Below are positions 41,601-56,600 of a stretch of DNA of 64,000 nt, in pieces. Positions within the stretch are counted from its first letter, which is position 1. Every line of letters begins with the position of its first letter. Origin of the DNA: Nemertoderma westbladi (taxonomy: Eukaryota; Animalia; Xenacoelomorpha); NCBI GenBank assembly GCA_032718475.1, contig JAUCBJ010003901.1, positions 5,531-69,530 on the forward strand. Reading direction: 5' to 3'. Position numbers and translations under genes: made by a program. The notes under the pieces were generated by a model, which saw nothing but the letters and a program-made list of their open reading frames with translations, made no database searches and was not told the origin of the DNA.

Positions 41601-44600
41601 GCTTTTGGCGAGAACTACCCTTGTTTACTTATAGTGTGTTTTTGTTTTCAGTGTTCGCCTTTGACGAGAACTACCCTTGTTTACTTATAGTGTGTTTTTG
41701 TTTACAGTGTTCGCCTTAGGCGATAACTACCCTTGTTTACTTATAGTGTGTTTTTGTTTACAGTGTTCGCCTTTGGCGAGAACTACCCTTGTTTACTTAT
41801 AGTGTGTTTTTGTTTTCAGTGTTCGCCTTTGACGCGAACTACCCTTGTTTACTTATAGTGTGTTTTTGTTTACAGTGTTCGCCTTAGGCGAGAACTACCC
41901 TTGTTTACTTATAGTGTGTTTTTGTTTACAGTGTTCGCCTTTGGCGAGAACTACCCTTGTTTACTTATAGTGTGTTTTTGTTTTCTGTGTTCGCCTTTGA
42001 CGCGAACTACCCTTGTTTACTGATAGTGTGTTTTTGTTTTCAGTGTTCGCCTTTGAGGAGAACTACCCTTGTTTACTTATAGTGTGTTTTTGTTTACAGT
42101 GTTCGCCTTTGGCGAGAACTACCCTTGTTTACTTATAGTGTGTTTTTGTTTACAGTGTTCGCCTTAGGCGAGAACTACCCTTGTTTACTTATAGTGTGTT
42201 TTTGTTTACAGTGTTCGCCTTTGGCGAGAACTACCCTTGTTTACTTATATTGTGTTTTTGTTTTGTTTGCCTTTGACAAGAACTACCCTTGTTTACTTAT
42301 AGTGTGTTTTTGTTTTGTTTTCCTTTGACGAGAACTACACTTGTTTACTTATAGTGTATTTTTGTTTACAGTGTTCGCCTTTGACGAGAACTACGCTTGT
42401 TTACTTATAGTGTGTTTTTGTTTTCAGTGTTCGCCTTTGACGAGAACTACTCTTGTTTACTTATAGTGTGTTTTTGTTTACAGTGTTCGCCTTTGGCGAT
42501 AACTACCCTTGTTTACTTATAGTGTGTTTTTGTTTTCAGTGTTCGCCTTTGGCGATAACTACCCTTGTTTACTTATAGTGTGTTTTTGTTTTTAGTGTTC
42601 GCCTTTGACGAGAACTTCCCTTGTTTACTTATAGTGTGTTTTTGTTTACAGCGTTCGCCTTTGGCGACAACTACCCTTGTTTACTTATAGTGTGTTTTTG
42701 TTTTGTTCGCCTTCGGCGAGAACTACCCTTGTTTACTTATAGTGTGTTTTTGTTTTCAGTGTTCGCCTTTGACGAGAACTACCCTTGTTTATTTATAGTG
42801 TGTTTTTGTCTACAGTGTTCGCCTTTGGCGAGAACTACCCTTGTTTACTGATAGTGTGTTTTTGTTTACAGTGTTCGCCTTTGTCGAGAACTACCCTTGT
42901 TTACTTATTGTGTGTTTTTGTTTTTAGTGTTCGCCTTTGACGAAAACTACCCTTGTTTACTTATAGTGTGTTTTTGTTTACAGCGTTCGCCTTTGGCGAC
43001 AACTACCCTTGTTTACTTATAGTGTGTTTTTGTTTTGTTCGCCTTCGGCGAGAACTACCCTTGTTTACTTATAGTGTGTTTTTGTTTTCAGTGTTCGCCT
43101 TTGACGAGAACTACCCTTGTTTATTTATAGTGTGTTTTTGTCTACAGTGTTCGCCTTTGGCGAGAACTACCCTTGTTTTCTTATAGTGTGTTTTTGTTTG
43201 CAGTGTTCGCCTTTGACGAGAACTACCCTTGTTTACTTATAGTGTGTTTTTGTTTACAGTGTTCGCCTTTGACGAGAACTACCCTTGTTTACTTATAGTG
43301 TGTTTTTGTTTTGTTTGCCTTTGACGAGAACTACCCTTGTTTACTTATAGTGTGTTTTTGTTTACAGTGTTCGCCTTTAACGAGAACTACCCTTGTTTAC
43401 TTATAGTGTGTTTTTGTTTACAGTGTTCGCCTTTGACGAGAACTACGCTTGTTTACTTATAGTGTGTTTTTGTTTTCAGTGTTCGCCTTTGACGAGAACT
43501 ACTCTTGTTTACTTATAGTGTGTTTTTGTTTACAGTGTTCGCCTTTGGCGATAACTACCCTTGTTTACTTATAGTGTGTTTTTGTTTACAGTGTTCGCTT
43601 TTGGCGAGAACTAACCTTGTTTACTTATAGTGTGTTTTTGTTTTCAGTGTTCGCCTTTGACGAGAACTACCCTTGTTTACTTATAGTGTGTTTTTGTTTA
43701 CAGTGTTCGCCTTAGGCGATAACTACCCTTGTTTACTTATAGTGTGTTTTTGTTTACAGTGTTCGCCTTTGGCGAGAACTACCCTTGTTTACTTATAGTG
43801 TGTTTTTGTTTTCAGTGTTCGCCTTTGACGCGAACTACCCTTGTTTACTTATAGTGTGTTTTTGTTTACAGTGTTCGCCTTAGGCGAGAACTACCCTTGT
43901 TTACTTATAGTGTGTTTTTGTTTACAGTGTTCGCCTTTGGCGAGAACTACCCTTGTTTACTTATAGTGTGTTTTTGTTTTCAGTGTTCGCCTTTGACGCG
44001 AACTACCCTTGTTTACTTATAGTGTGTTTTTGTTTACAGTGTTTGCCTTTGGCGAGAACTACCCTTGTTTACTGATAGTGTGTTTTTGTTTACAGTGTTC
44101 GCCTTAGGCGAGAACTACCCTTGTTTACTTATAGTGTGTTTTTGTTTACAGTGTTCGCCTTTGGCGAGAACTACCCTTGTTTACTTATAGTGTGTTTTTG
44201 TTTACAGTGTTCGCCTTTGGCGAGAACTACCCTTGTTTACTTATAGTGTGTTTTTGTTTTCTGTGTTCGCCTTTGACGCGAACTACCCTTGTTTACTGAT
44301 AGTGTGTTTTTGTTTTCAGTGTTCGCCTTTGAGGAGAACTACCCTTGTTTACTTATAGTGTGTTTTTGTTTACAGTGTTCGCCTTTGGCGAGAACTACCC
44401 TTGTTTACTTATAGTGTGTTTTTGTTTACAGTGTTCGCCTTAGGCGAGAACTACCCTTGTTTACTTATAGTGTGTTTTTGTTTACAGTGTTCGCCTTTGG
44501 CGAGAACTACCCTTGTTTACTTATATTGTGTTTTTGTTTTGTTTGCCTTTGACAAGAACTACCCTTGTTTACTTATAGTGTGTTTTTGTTTTGTTTTCCT

Positions 44601-47600
44601 TTGACGAGAACTACACTTGTTTACTTATAGTGTATTTTTGTTTACAGTGTTCGCCTTTGACGAGAACTACGCTTGTTTACTTATAGTGTGTTTTTGTTTT
44701 CAGTGTTCGCCTTTGACGAGAACTACTCTTGTTTACTTATAGTGTGTTTTTGTTTACAGTGTTCGCCTTTGGCGATAACTACCCTTGTTTACTTATAGTG
44801 TGTTTTTGTTTTCAGTGTTCGCCTTTGGCGATAACTACCCTTGTTTACTTATAGTGTGTTTTTGTTTTTAGTGTTCGCCTTTGACGAGAACTTCCCTTGT
44901 TTACTTATAGTGTGTTTTTGTTTACAGCGTTCGCCTTTGGCGACAACTACCCTTGTTTACTTATAGTGTGTTTTTGTTTTGTTCGCCTTCGGCGAGAACT
45001 ACCCTTGTTTACTTATAGTGTGTTTTTGTTTTCAGTGTTCGCCTTTGACGAGAACTACCCTTGTTTATTTATAGTGTGTTTTTGTCTACAGTGTTCGCCT
45101 TTGGCGAGAACTACCCTTGTTTACTGATAGTGTGTTTTTGTTTACAGTGTTCGCCTTTGTCGAGAACTACCCTTGTTTACTTATTGTGTGTTTTTGTTTT
45201 TAGTGTTCGCCTTTGACGAAAACTACCCTTGTTTACTTATAGTGTGTTTTTGTTTACAGCGTTCGCCTTTGGCGACAACTACCCTTGTTTACTTATAGTG
45301 TGTTTTTGTTTTGTTCGCCTTCGGCGAGAACTACCCTTGTTTACTTATAGTGTGTTTTTGTTTTCAGTGTTCGCCTTTGACGAGAACTACCCTTGTTTAT
45401 TTATAGTGTGTTTTTGTCTACAGTGTTCGCCTTTGGCGAGAACTACCCTTGTTTACTGATAGTGTGTTTTTGTTTACAGTGTTCGCCTTTGTCGAGAACT
45501 ACCCTTGTTTACTTATTGTATGTTTTTGTTTTTAGTGTTCGCCTTTGACGAAAACTACCCTTGTTTACTTATAGTGTGTTTTTGTTTACAGTGTTCGCCT
45601 TTGTCGAGAACTACCCTTGTTTACTTATTGTGTGTTTTTGTTTTTAGTGTTCGCCTTTGACGAAAACTACCCTTGTTTACTTATAGTGTGTTTTTGTTTA
45701 CAGTGTTCGCCTTTGACGAGAACTACCCTTGTTTACTTAGAGTGTATTTTTGTTTACAGTGTTCGCCTTTGACGAAAACTACCCTTGTTTACTTATAGTG
45801 TGTTTTTGTTTGCAGTGTTCGCCTTTGACGAGAACTACCCTTGTTTACTTATAGTGTGTTTTTGTTTACAGTGTTCGCCTTTGACGAGAACTACCCTTGT
45901 TTACTTATAGTGTGTTTTTGTTTTGTTTGCCTTTGGCGAGAACTACGCTTGTTTACTGATAGTGTATTTTTGTTTACAGTGTTCGCCTTTGACGAAAACT
46001 ACCCTTGTTTACTTATAGTGTGTTTTTGTTTACAGTATTCGCCTTTGACGAGAACTACCCTTGTTTTCTTATAGTGTGTTTTTGTTTGCAGTGTTCGCCT
46101 TTGACGAGAACTACCCTTGTTTACTTATAGTGTGTTTTTGTTTACAGTGTTCGCCTTTGACGAGAACTACCCTTGTTTACTTATAGTGTGTTTTTGTTTT
46201 GTTTGCCTTTGACGAGAACTACCCTTGTTTACTTATAGTGTGTTTTTGTTTACAGTGTTCGCCTTTAACGAGAACTACCCTTGTTTACTTAGTGTGTTTT
46301 TGTTTACAGTGTTCGCCTTTGACGAGAACTACGCTTGTTTACTTATAGTGTGTTTTTGTTTTCAGTGTTCGCCTTTGACGAGAACTACTCTTGTTTACTT
46401 ATAGTGTGTTTTTGTTTACAGTGTTCGCCTTTGGCGATAACTACCCTTGTTTACTTATAGTGTGTTTTTGTTTTCAGTGTTCGCCTTGGGCGATAACTAC
46501 CCTTGTTTACTTATAGTGTGTTTTTGTTTTTAGTGTTCGCCTTTGACGAGAACTTCCCTTGTTTACTTATAGTGTGTTTTTGTTTACAGCGTTCGCCTTT
46601 GGCGACAACTACCCTTGTTTACTTATAGTGTGTTTTTGTTTTGTTCGCCTTCGGCGAGAACTACCCTTGTTTACTTATAGTGTGCTTTTGTTTTCAGTGT
46701 TCGCCTTTGACGAGAACTACCCTTGTTTATTTATAGTGTGTTTTTGTCTACAGTGTTCGCCTTTGGCGAGAACTACCCTTGTTTACTGATAGTGTGTTTT
46801 TGTTTACAGTGTTCGCCTTTGTCGAGAACTACCCTTGTTTACTTATTGTGTGTTTTTGTTTTTAGTGTTCGCCTTTGACGAAAACTACCCTTGTTTACTT
46901 ATAGTGTGTTTTTGTTTACAGCGTTCGCCTTTGGCGACAACTACCCTTGTTTACTTATAGTGTGTTTTTGTTTTGTTCGCTTTCGGCGAGAACTACCCTT
47001 GTTTACTTATAGTGTGTTTTTGTTTTCAGTGTTCGCCTTTGACGAGAACTACCCTTGTTTATTTATAGTGTGTTTTTGTCTACAGTGTTCGCCTTTGGCG
47101 AGAACTACCCTTGTTTACTGATAGTGTGTTTTTGTTTACAGTGTTCGCCTTTGTCGAGAACTACCCTTGTTTACTTATTGTATGTTTTTGTTTTTAGTGT
47201 TCGCCTTTGACGAAAACTACCCTTGTTTACTTATAGTGTGTTTTTGTTTACAGTGTTCGCCTTTGTCGAGAACTACCGTTGTTTACTTATTGTGTGTTTT
47301 TGTTTTTAGTGTTCGCCTTTGACGAAAACTACCCTTGTTTACTTATAGTGTGTTTTTGTTTACAGTGTTCGCCTTTGACGAGAACTACCCTTGTTTACTT
47401 AGAGTGTATTTTTGTTTACAGTGTTCGCCTTTGACGAAAACTACCCTTGTTTACTTATAGTGTGTTTTTGTTTGCAGTGTTCGCCTTTGACGAGAACTAC
47501 CCTTGTTTACTTATAGTGTGTTTTTGTTTACAGTGTTCGCCTTTGACGAGAACTACCCTTGTTTACTTATAGTGTGTTTTTGTTTTGTTTGCCTTTGGCG

Positions 47601-50600
47601 AGAACTACGCTTGTTTACTGATAGTGTATTTTTGTTTACAGTGTTCGCCTTTGACGAAAACTACCCTTGTTTACTTATAGTGTGTTTTTGTTTACAGTAT
47701 TCGCCTTTGACGAGAACTACCCTTGTTTTCTTATAGTGTGTTTTTGTTTGCAGTGTTCGCCTTTGACGAGAACTACCCTTGTTTACTTATAGTGTGTTTT
47801 TGTTTACAGTGTTCGCCTTTGACGAGAACTACCCTTGTTTACTTATAGTGTGTTTTTGTTTTGTTTGCCTTTGACGAGAACTACCCTTGTTTACTTATAG
47901 TGTGTTTTTGTTTACAGTGTTCGCCTTTAACGAGAACTACCCTTGTTTACTTATAGTGTGTTTTTGTTTACAGTGTTCGCCTTTGACGAGAACTACGCTT
48001 GTTTACTTATAGTGTGTTTTTGTTTTCAGTGTTCGCCTTTGACGAGAACTACTCTTGTTTACTTATAGTGTGTTTTTGTTTACAGTGTTCGCCTTTGGCG
48101 ATAACTACCCTTGTTTACTTATAGTGTGTTTTTGTTTACAGTGTTCGCTTTTGGCGAGAACTACCCTTGTTTACTTATAGTGTGTTTTTGTTTTCAGTGT
48201 TCGCCTTTGACGAGAACTACCCTTGTTTACTTATAGTGTGTTTTTGTTTACAGTGTTCGCCTTAGGCGATAACTACCCTTGTTTACTTATAGTGTGTTTT
48301 TGTTTACAGTGTTCGCCTTTGGCGAGAACTACCCTTGTTTACTTATAGTGTGTTTTTGTTTTCAGTGTTCGCCTTTGACGCAAACTACCCTTGTTTACTT
48401 ATAGTGTGTTTTTGTTTACAGTGTTCGCCTTAGGCGAGAACTACCCTTGTTTACTTATAGTGTGTTTTTGTTTACAGTGTTCGCCTTTGGCGAGAACTAC
48501 CCTTGTTTACTTATAGTGTGTTTTTGTTTTCAGTGTTCGCCTTTGACGCGAACTACCCTTGTTTACTTATAGTGTGTTTTTGTTTACAGTGTTTGCCTTT
48601 GGCGAGAACTACCCTTGTTTACTGATAGTGTGTTTTTGTTTACAGTGTTTGCCTTAGGCGAGAACTACCCTTGTTTACTTATAGTGTGTTTTTGTTTACA
48701 GTGTTCGCCTTTGGCGAGAACTACCCTTGTTTACTTATAGTGTGTTTTTGTTTACAGTGTTCGCCTTTGTCGAGAACTACCCTTGTTTACTTATAGTGTG
48801 TTTTTGTTTTCAGTGTTCGCCTTTGACGCGAACTACCCTTGTTTACTGATAGTGTGTTTTTGTTTTCAGTGTTCGCCTTTGAGGAGAACTACCCTTGTTT
48901 ACTTATAGTGTGTTTTTGTTTGCAGTGTTCGCCTTTGACGAGAACTACCCTTGTTTACTTATAGTGTGTTTTTGTTTACAGTGTTCGCCTTTGGCGAGAA
49001 CTACCCTTGTTTACTTATAGTGTGTTTTTGTTTACAGTGTTCGCCTTAGGCGAGAACTACCCTTGTTTACTTATAGTGTGTTTTTGTTTACAGTGTTCGC
49101 CTTTGGCGAGAACTACCCTTGTTTACTTGTAGTGTGTTTTTGTTTTGTTTGCCTTTGGCGAGAACTACGCTTGTTTACTGATAGTGTGTTTTTGTTTACA
49201 GTGTTCGCCTTTGGCGAGAACTACCCTTGTTTACTTATAGTGTGTTTTTGTTTACAGTGTTCGCCTTAGGCGAGAACTACCCTTGTTTACTTATAGTGTG
49301 TTTTTGTTTGCAGTGTTCGCCTTTGACGAGAACTACCCTTGTTTACTTATAGTGTGTTTTTGTTTACAGTGTTCGCCTTTGGCGAGAACTACCCTTGTTT
49401 ACTTATAGTGTGTTTTTGTTTACAGTGTTCGCCTTTGACGAGAACTACCCTTGTTTACTTATAGTGTGTTTTTGTTTACAGTGTTCGCCTTTGACGAGAA
49501 CTACCCTTGTTTACTTATAGTGTGTTTTTGTTTTGTTTGCCTTTGACGAGAACTACCCTTGTTTACTTATAGTGTGTTTTTGTTTACAGTGTTCGCCTTT
49601 AACGAGAACTACCCTTGTTTACTTATAGTGTGTTTTTGTTTACAGTGTTCGCCTTTGACGAGAACTACGCTTGTTTACTTATAGTGTGTTTTTGTTTTCA
49701 GTGTTCGCCTTTGACGAGAACTACTCTTGTTTACTTATAGTGTGTTTTTGTTTACAGTGTTCGCCTTTGGCGATAACTACCCTTGTTTACTTATAGTGTG
49801 TTTTTGTTTACAGTGTTCGCTTTTGGCGAGAACTACCCTTGTTTACTTATAGTGTGTTTTTGTTTTCAGTGTTCGCCTTTGACGAGAACTACCCTTGTTT
49901 ACTTATAGTGTGTTTTTGTTTACAGTGTTCGCCTTAGGCGATAACTACCCTTGTTTACTTATAGTGTGTTTTTGTTTACAGTGTTCGCCTTTGGTGAGAA
50001 CTACCTTTGTTTACTTATAGTGTGTTTTTGTTTTCAGTGTTCGCCTTTGACGCGAACTACCCTTGTTTACTTATAGTGTGTTTTTGTTTACAGTGTTTCG
50101 CCTTAGGCGAGAACTACCCTTGTTTACTTATAGTGTGTTTTTGTTTACAGTGTTCGCCTTTGGCGAGAACTACCCTTGTTTACTTATAGTGTGTTTTTGT
50201 TTTCAGTGTTCGCCTTTGACGCGAACTACCCTTGTTTACTTATAGTGTGTTTTTGTTTACAGTGTTTGCCTTTGGCGAGAACTACCCTTGTTTACTGATA
50301 GTGTGTTTTTGTTTACAGTGTTCGCCTTAGGCGAGAACTACCCTTGTTTACTTATAGTGTGTTTTTGTTTACAGTGTTCGCCTTTGGCGAGAACTACCCA
50401 TGTTTACTTATAGTGTGTTTTTGTTTACAGTGTTCGCCTTTGGCGAGAACTACCCTTGTTTACTTATAGTGTGTTTTTGTTTTCAGTGTTCGCCTTTGAC
50501 GCGAACTACCCTTGTTTACTGATAGTGTGTTTTTGTTTTCAGTGTTCGCCTTTGAGGAGAACTACCCTTGTTTACTTAGTGTGTTTTTGTTTGCAGTGTT

Positions 50601-53600
50601 CGCCTTTGACGAGAACTACCCTTGTTTACTTATAGTGTGTTTTTGTTTACAGTGTTCGCCTTTGGCGAGAACTACCCTTGTTTACTTATAGTGTGTTTTT
50701 GTTTACAGTGTTCGCCTTAGGCGAGAACTACCCTTGTTTACTTATAGTGTGTTTTTGTTTACAGTGTTCGCCTTTGGCGAGAACTACCCTTGTTTACTTA
50801 TAGTGTGTTTTTGTTTTGTTTGCCTTTGGCGAGAACTACGCTTGTTTACTGATAGTGTGTTTTTGTTTACAGTGTTCGCCTTTGGCGAGAACTACCCTTG
50901 TTTACTTATAGTGTGTTTTTGTTTACAGTGTTCGCCTTAGGCGAGAACTACCCTTGTTTACTTATAGTGTGTTTTTGTTTGCAGTGTTCGCCTTTGACGA
51001 GAACTACCCTTGTTTACTTATAGTGTGTTTTTGTTTACAGTGTTCGCCTTTGGCGAGAACTACCCTTGTTTACTTATAGTGTGTTTTTGTTTACAGTGTT
51101 CGCCTTAGGCGAGAACTACCCTTGTTTACTTATAGTGTGTTTTTGTTTGCAGTGTTCGCCTTTGACGAGAACTACCCTTGTTTACTTATAGTGTGTTTTT
51201 GTTTACAGTGTTCGCCTTTGGCGAGAACTACCCTTGTTTACTTATAGTGTGTTTTTGTTTACAGTGTTCGCCTTTGGCGAGAACTACCCTTGTTTACTTA
51301 TAGTGTGTTTTTGTTTACAGTGTTCGCCTTAGGCGAGAACTACCCTTGTTTACTTATAGTGTGTTTTTGTTTACAGTGTTCGCCTTTGGCGAGAACTACC
51401 CTTGTTTACTTATAGTGTGTTTTTGTTTGCAGTGTTCGCCTTTGACGAGAACTACCCTTGTTTACTTATAGTGTGTTTTTGTTTACAGTGTTCGCCTTTG
51501 GCGAGAACTACCCTTGTTTACTTATAGTGTGTTTTTGTTTACAGTGTTCGCCTTAGGCGAGAACTACCCTTGTTTACTTATAGTGTGTTTTTGTTTACAG
51601 TGTTCGCCTTTGGCGAGAACTACCCTTGTTTACTTATAGTGTGTTTTTGGTTTGTTTGCCTTTGGCGAGAACTACGCTTGTTTACTGATAGTGTGTTTTT
51701 GTTTACAGTGTTCGCCTTTGACGAGAACTACCCTTGTTTACTTATAGTGTGTTTTTGTTTTGTTTGCCTTTGACGAGAACTACCCTTGTTTACTTATAGT
51801 GTATTTTTGTTTACAGTGTTTGCCTTTAACGAGAACTACCCTTGTTTACTTATAGTGTGTTTTTGTTTACAGTGTTCGCCTTTGACGAGAACTACGCTTG
51901 TTTACTTATAGTGTGTTTTTGTTTTCAGTGTTCGCCTTTGGCGATAGTTTCTTTGACGATTGTTTACTTATAGTGTGTTTTTGTTTACAGTGTTCGCCTT
52001 TGGCGATAACTACCCTTGTTTACTTATAGTGTGTTTTTGTTTTTAGTGTTCGCCTTTGACGAGAACTTCCCTTGTTTACATATAGTGTGTTTTTGTTTTG
52101 TTTGCCTTTGGCGAGAACTACGCTTGTTTACTGATAGTGTGTTTTTGTTTACAGTGTTCGCCTTTGACGAGAACTACCCTTGTTTTCTTATAGTGTGTTT
52201 TTGTTTGCAGTGTTCGCCTTTGACGAGAACTACCCTTGTTTACTTATAGTGTGTTTTTGTTTACAGTGTTCGCCTTTGACAAGAACTACCCTTGTTTACT
52301 TATAGTGTGTTTTTGTTTTGTTTGCCTTTGACGAGAACTACCCTTGTTTACTTATAGTGTGTTTTTGTTTTGTTTGCCTTTGACGAGAACTACACTTGTT
52401 TACTTATAGTGTATTTTTGTTTACAGTGTTCGCCTTTGACGAGAACTACGCTTGTTTACTTATAGTGTGTTTTTGTTTTCAGTGTTCGCCTTTGACGAGA
52501 ACTACTCTTGTTTACTTATAGTGTGTTTTTGTTTACAGTGTTCGCCTTTGGCGATAACTACCCTTGTTTACTTATAGTGTGTTTTTGTTTACAGTGTTCG
52601 CCTTTGGCGATAACTACCCTTGTTTACTTATAGTGTGTTTTTGTTTTTAGTGTTCGCCTTTGACGAGAACTTCCCTTGTTTACTTATAGTGTGTTTTTGT
52701 TTACAGCGTTAGCCTTTGGCGACAACTACCCTTGTTTACTTATAGTGTGTTTTTGTTTTGTTCGCCTTCGGCGAGAACTACCCTTGTTTACTTATAGTGT
52801 GTTTTTGTTTTCAGTGTTCGCCTTTGACGAGAACTACCCTTGTTTATTTATAGTGTGTTTTTGTCTACAGTGTTCGCCTTTGGCGAGAACTACCCTTGTT
52901 TACTGATAGTGTGTTTTTGTTTACAGTGTTCGCCTTTGTCGAGAACTACCCTTGTTTACTTATAGTGTGTTTTTGTTTTCAGTGTTCGCCTTTGACGCGA
53001 ACTACCCTTGTTTACTTATAGTGTGTTTTTGTTTACAGTGTTTCGCCTTAGGCGAGAACTACCCTTGTTTACTTATAGTGTGTTTTTGTTTACAGTGTTC
53101 GCCTTTGGCGAGAACTACCCTTGTTTACTTATAGTGTGTTTTTGTTTTCAGTGTTCGCCTTTGACGCGAACTACCCTTGTTTACTTATAGTGTGTTTTTG
53201 TTTACAGTGTTTGCCTTTGGCGAGAACTACCCTTGTTTACTGATAGTGTGTTTTTGTTTACAGTGTTCGCCTTAGGCGAGAACTACCCTTGTTTACTTAT
53301 AGTGTGTTTTTGTTTACAGTGTTCGCCTTTGGCGAGAACTACCCATGTTTACTTATAGTGTGTTTTTGTTTACAGTGTTCGCCTTTGGCGAGAACTACCC
53401 TTGTTTACTTATAGTGTGTTTTTGTTTACAGTGTTCGCCTTTGGCGAGAACTACCCTTGTTTACTTATAGTGTGTTTTTGTTTTCAGTGTTCGCCTTTGA
53501 CGCGAACTACCCTTGTTTACTGATAGTGTGTTTTTGTTTTCAGTGTTCGCCTTTGAGGAGAACTACCCTTGTTTACTGATAGTGTGTTTTTATTTTCAGT

Positions 53601-56600
53601 GTTCGCCTTTGAGGAGAACTACCCTTGTTTACTTATAGTGTGTTTTTGTTTACAGTGTTCGCCTTTGGCGATAACTACCCTTGTTTACTTATAGTGTGTT
53701 TTTGTTTACAGTGTTCGCCTTTGGCTATAACTACCCTTGTTTACTTATAGTGTGTTTTTGTTTTTAGTGTTCGCCTTTGACGAGAACTTCCCTTGTTTAC
53801 TTATAGTGTGTTTTTGTTTTGTTTGCCTTTGGCGAGAACTACGCTTGTTTACTGATAGTGTGTTTTTGTTTACAGTGTTCGCCTTTGACGAGAACTACCC
53901 TTGTTTTCTTATAGTGTGTTTTTGTTTGCAGTGTTCGCCTTTGACGAGAACTACCCTTGTTTACTTATAGTGTGTTTTTGTTTACAGTGTTCGCCTTTGA
54001 CGAGAACTACCCTTGTTTACTTATAGTGTGTTTTTGTTTTGTTTGCCTTGGACGAGAACTACCCTTGTTTACTTATAGTGTGTTTTTGTTTTGTTTGCCT
54101 TTGACGAGAACTACACTTGTTTACTTATAGTGTATTTTTGTTTACAGTGTTCGCCTTTGACGAGAACTACGCTTGTTTACTTATAGTGTGTTTTTGTTTT
54201 CAGTGTTGCCTTTGACGAGAACTACTCTTGTTTACTTATAGTGTGTTTTTGTTTACAGTGTTCGCCTTTGGCGATAACTACCCTTGTTTACTTATAGTGT
54301 GTTTTTGTTTACAGTGTTCGCCTTTGGCGATAACTACCCTTGTTTACTTATAGTGTGTTTTTGTTTTTAGTGTTCGCCTTTTACGATAACTTCCCTTGTT
54401 TACTTATAGTGTGTTTTTGTTTACAGCGTTCGCCTTTGGCGACAACTACCCTTGTTTACTTAAAGTGTGTTTTTGTTTTGTTCGCCTTCGGCGAGAACTA
54501 CCCTTGTTTACTTATAGTGTGTTTTTGTTTTCAGTGTTCGCCTTTGACGAGAACTACCCTTGTTTACTTATAGTGTGTTTTTGTCTACAGTGTTCGCCTT
54601 TGGCGAGAACTACCCTTGTTTACTGATAGTGTGTTTTTGTTTACAGTGTTCGCCTTTGGCGATAACTACCCTTGTTTACTTATAGTGTGTTTTTGTTTTT
54701 AGTGTTCGCCTTTGACGAGAACTTCCCTTGTTTACTTATAGTGTGTTTTTGTTTACAGCGTTAGCCTTTGGCGACAACTACCCTTGTTTACTTATAGTGT
54801 GTTTTTGTTTTGTTCGCCTTCGGCGAAAACTACCCTTGTTTACTTATAGTGTGTTTTTGTTTTCAGTGTTCGCCTTTGACGAGAACTACCCTTGTTTATT
54901 TATAGTGTGTTTTTGTCTACAGTGTTCGCCTTTGGCGAGAACTACCCTTGTTTACTGATAGTGTGTTTTTGTTTACAGTGTTCGCCTTTGTCGAGAACTA
55001 CCCTTGTTTACTTATAGTGTGTTTGTGTTTTTAGTGTTCGCCTTTGACGAAAACTACCCTTGTTTACTTATAGTGTGTTTTTGTTTACAGTGTTCGCCTT
55101 AGGCGAGAACTACCCTTGTTTACTTATAGTGTGTTTTTGTTTACAGTGTTCGCCTTTGGTGAGAACTACCCTTGTTTACTTATAGTGTGTTTTTGTTTTC
55201 AGTGTTCGCCTTTGACGAGAACTACCCTTGTTTACTTATAGTGTGTTTTTGTTTACAGTGTTCGCCTTAGGCGAGAACTACCCTTGTTTACTTATAGTGT
55301 ATTTTTGTTTACAGTGTTCGCCTTTGGCGAGAACTACCCTTGTTTACTTATAGTGTGTTTTTGTTTTCAGTGTTCGCCTTTGACGCGAACTACCCTTGTT
55401 TACTCATAGTGTGTTTTTGTTTACAGTGTTTGCCTTTGGCGAGAACTACCCTTGTTTACTGATAGTGTGTTTTTGTTTTCAGTGTTCGCCTTTGAGGAGA
55501 ACTACCCTTGTTTACTTATAGTGTGTTTTTGTTTACAGTGTTCGCCTTTGGCGATAACTACCCTTGTTTACTTATAGTGTGTTTTTGTTTACAGTGTTCG
55601 CCTTTGGCGATAACTACCCTTGTTTACTTATAGTGTGTTTTTGTTTTTAGTGTTCGCCTTTGACGAGAACTTCCCTTGTTTACTTATAGTGTGTTTTTGT
55701 TTTGTTTGCCTTTGGCGAGAACTACGCTTGTTTACTGATAGTGTGTTTTTGTTTACAGTGTTCGCCTTTGACGAGAACTACCCTTGTTTTCTTATAGTGT
55801 GTTTTTGTTTGCAGTGTTCGCCTTTGACGAGAACTACCCTTGTTTACTTATAGTGTGTTTTTGTTTACAGTGTTCGCCTTTGACGAGAACTACCCTTGTT
55901 TACTTATAGTGTGTTTTTGTTTTGTTTGCCTTTGACGAGAACTACCCTTGTTTACTTATAGTGTGTTTTTGTTTTGTTTGCCTTTGACGAGAACTACACT
56001 TGTTTACTTATAGTGTATTTTTGTTTACAGTGTTCGCCTTTGACGAGAACAACGCTTGTTTACTTATAGTGTGTTTTTCTTTTCAGTGTTCGCCTTTGAC
56101 GAGAACTACTCTTGTTTACTTATAGTGTGTTTTTGTTTACAGTGTTCGCCTTTGGCGATAACTACCCTTGTTTACTTATAGTGTGTTTTTGTTTACAGTG
56201 TTCGCCTTTGGCGATAACTACCCTTGTTTACTTATAGTGTGTTTTTGTTTTTAGTGTTCGCCTTTGACGAGAACTTCCCTTGTTTACTTATAGTGTGTTT
56301 TTGTTTACAGCGTTCGCCTTTGGCGACAACTACCCTTGTTTACTTATAGTGTGTTTTTGTTTTGTTCGCCTTCGGCGAGAACTACCCTTGTTTACTTATA
56401 GTGTGTTTTTGTTTTCAGTGTTCGCCTTTGACGAGAACTACCCTTGTTTACTTATAGTGTGTTTTTGTCTACAGTGTTCGCCTTTGGCGAGAACTACCCT
56501 TGTTTACTGATAGTGTGTTTTTGTTTACAGTGTTCGCCTTTGTCGAGAACTACCCTTGTTTACTTATTGTGTGTTTTTGTTTTTAGTGTTCGCCTTTGAC

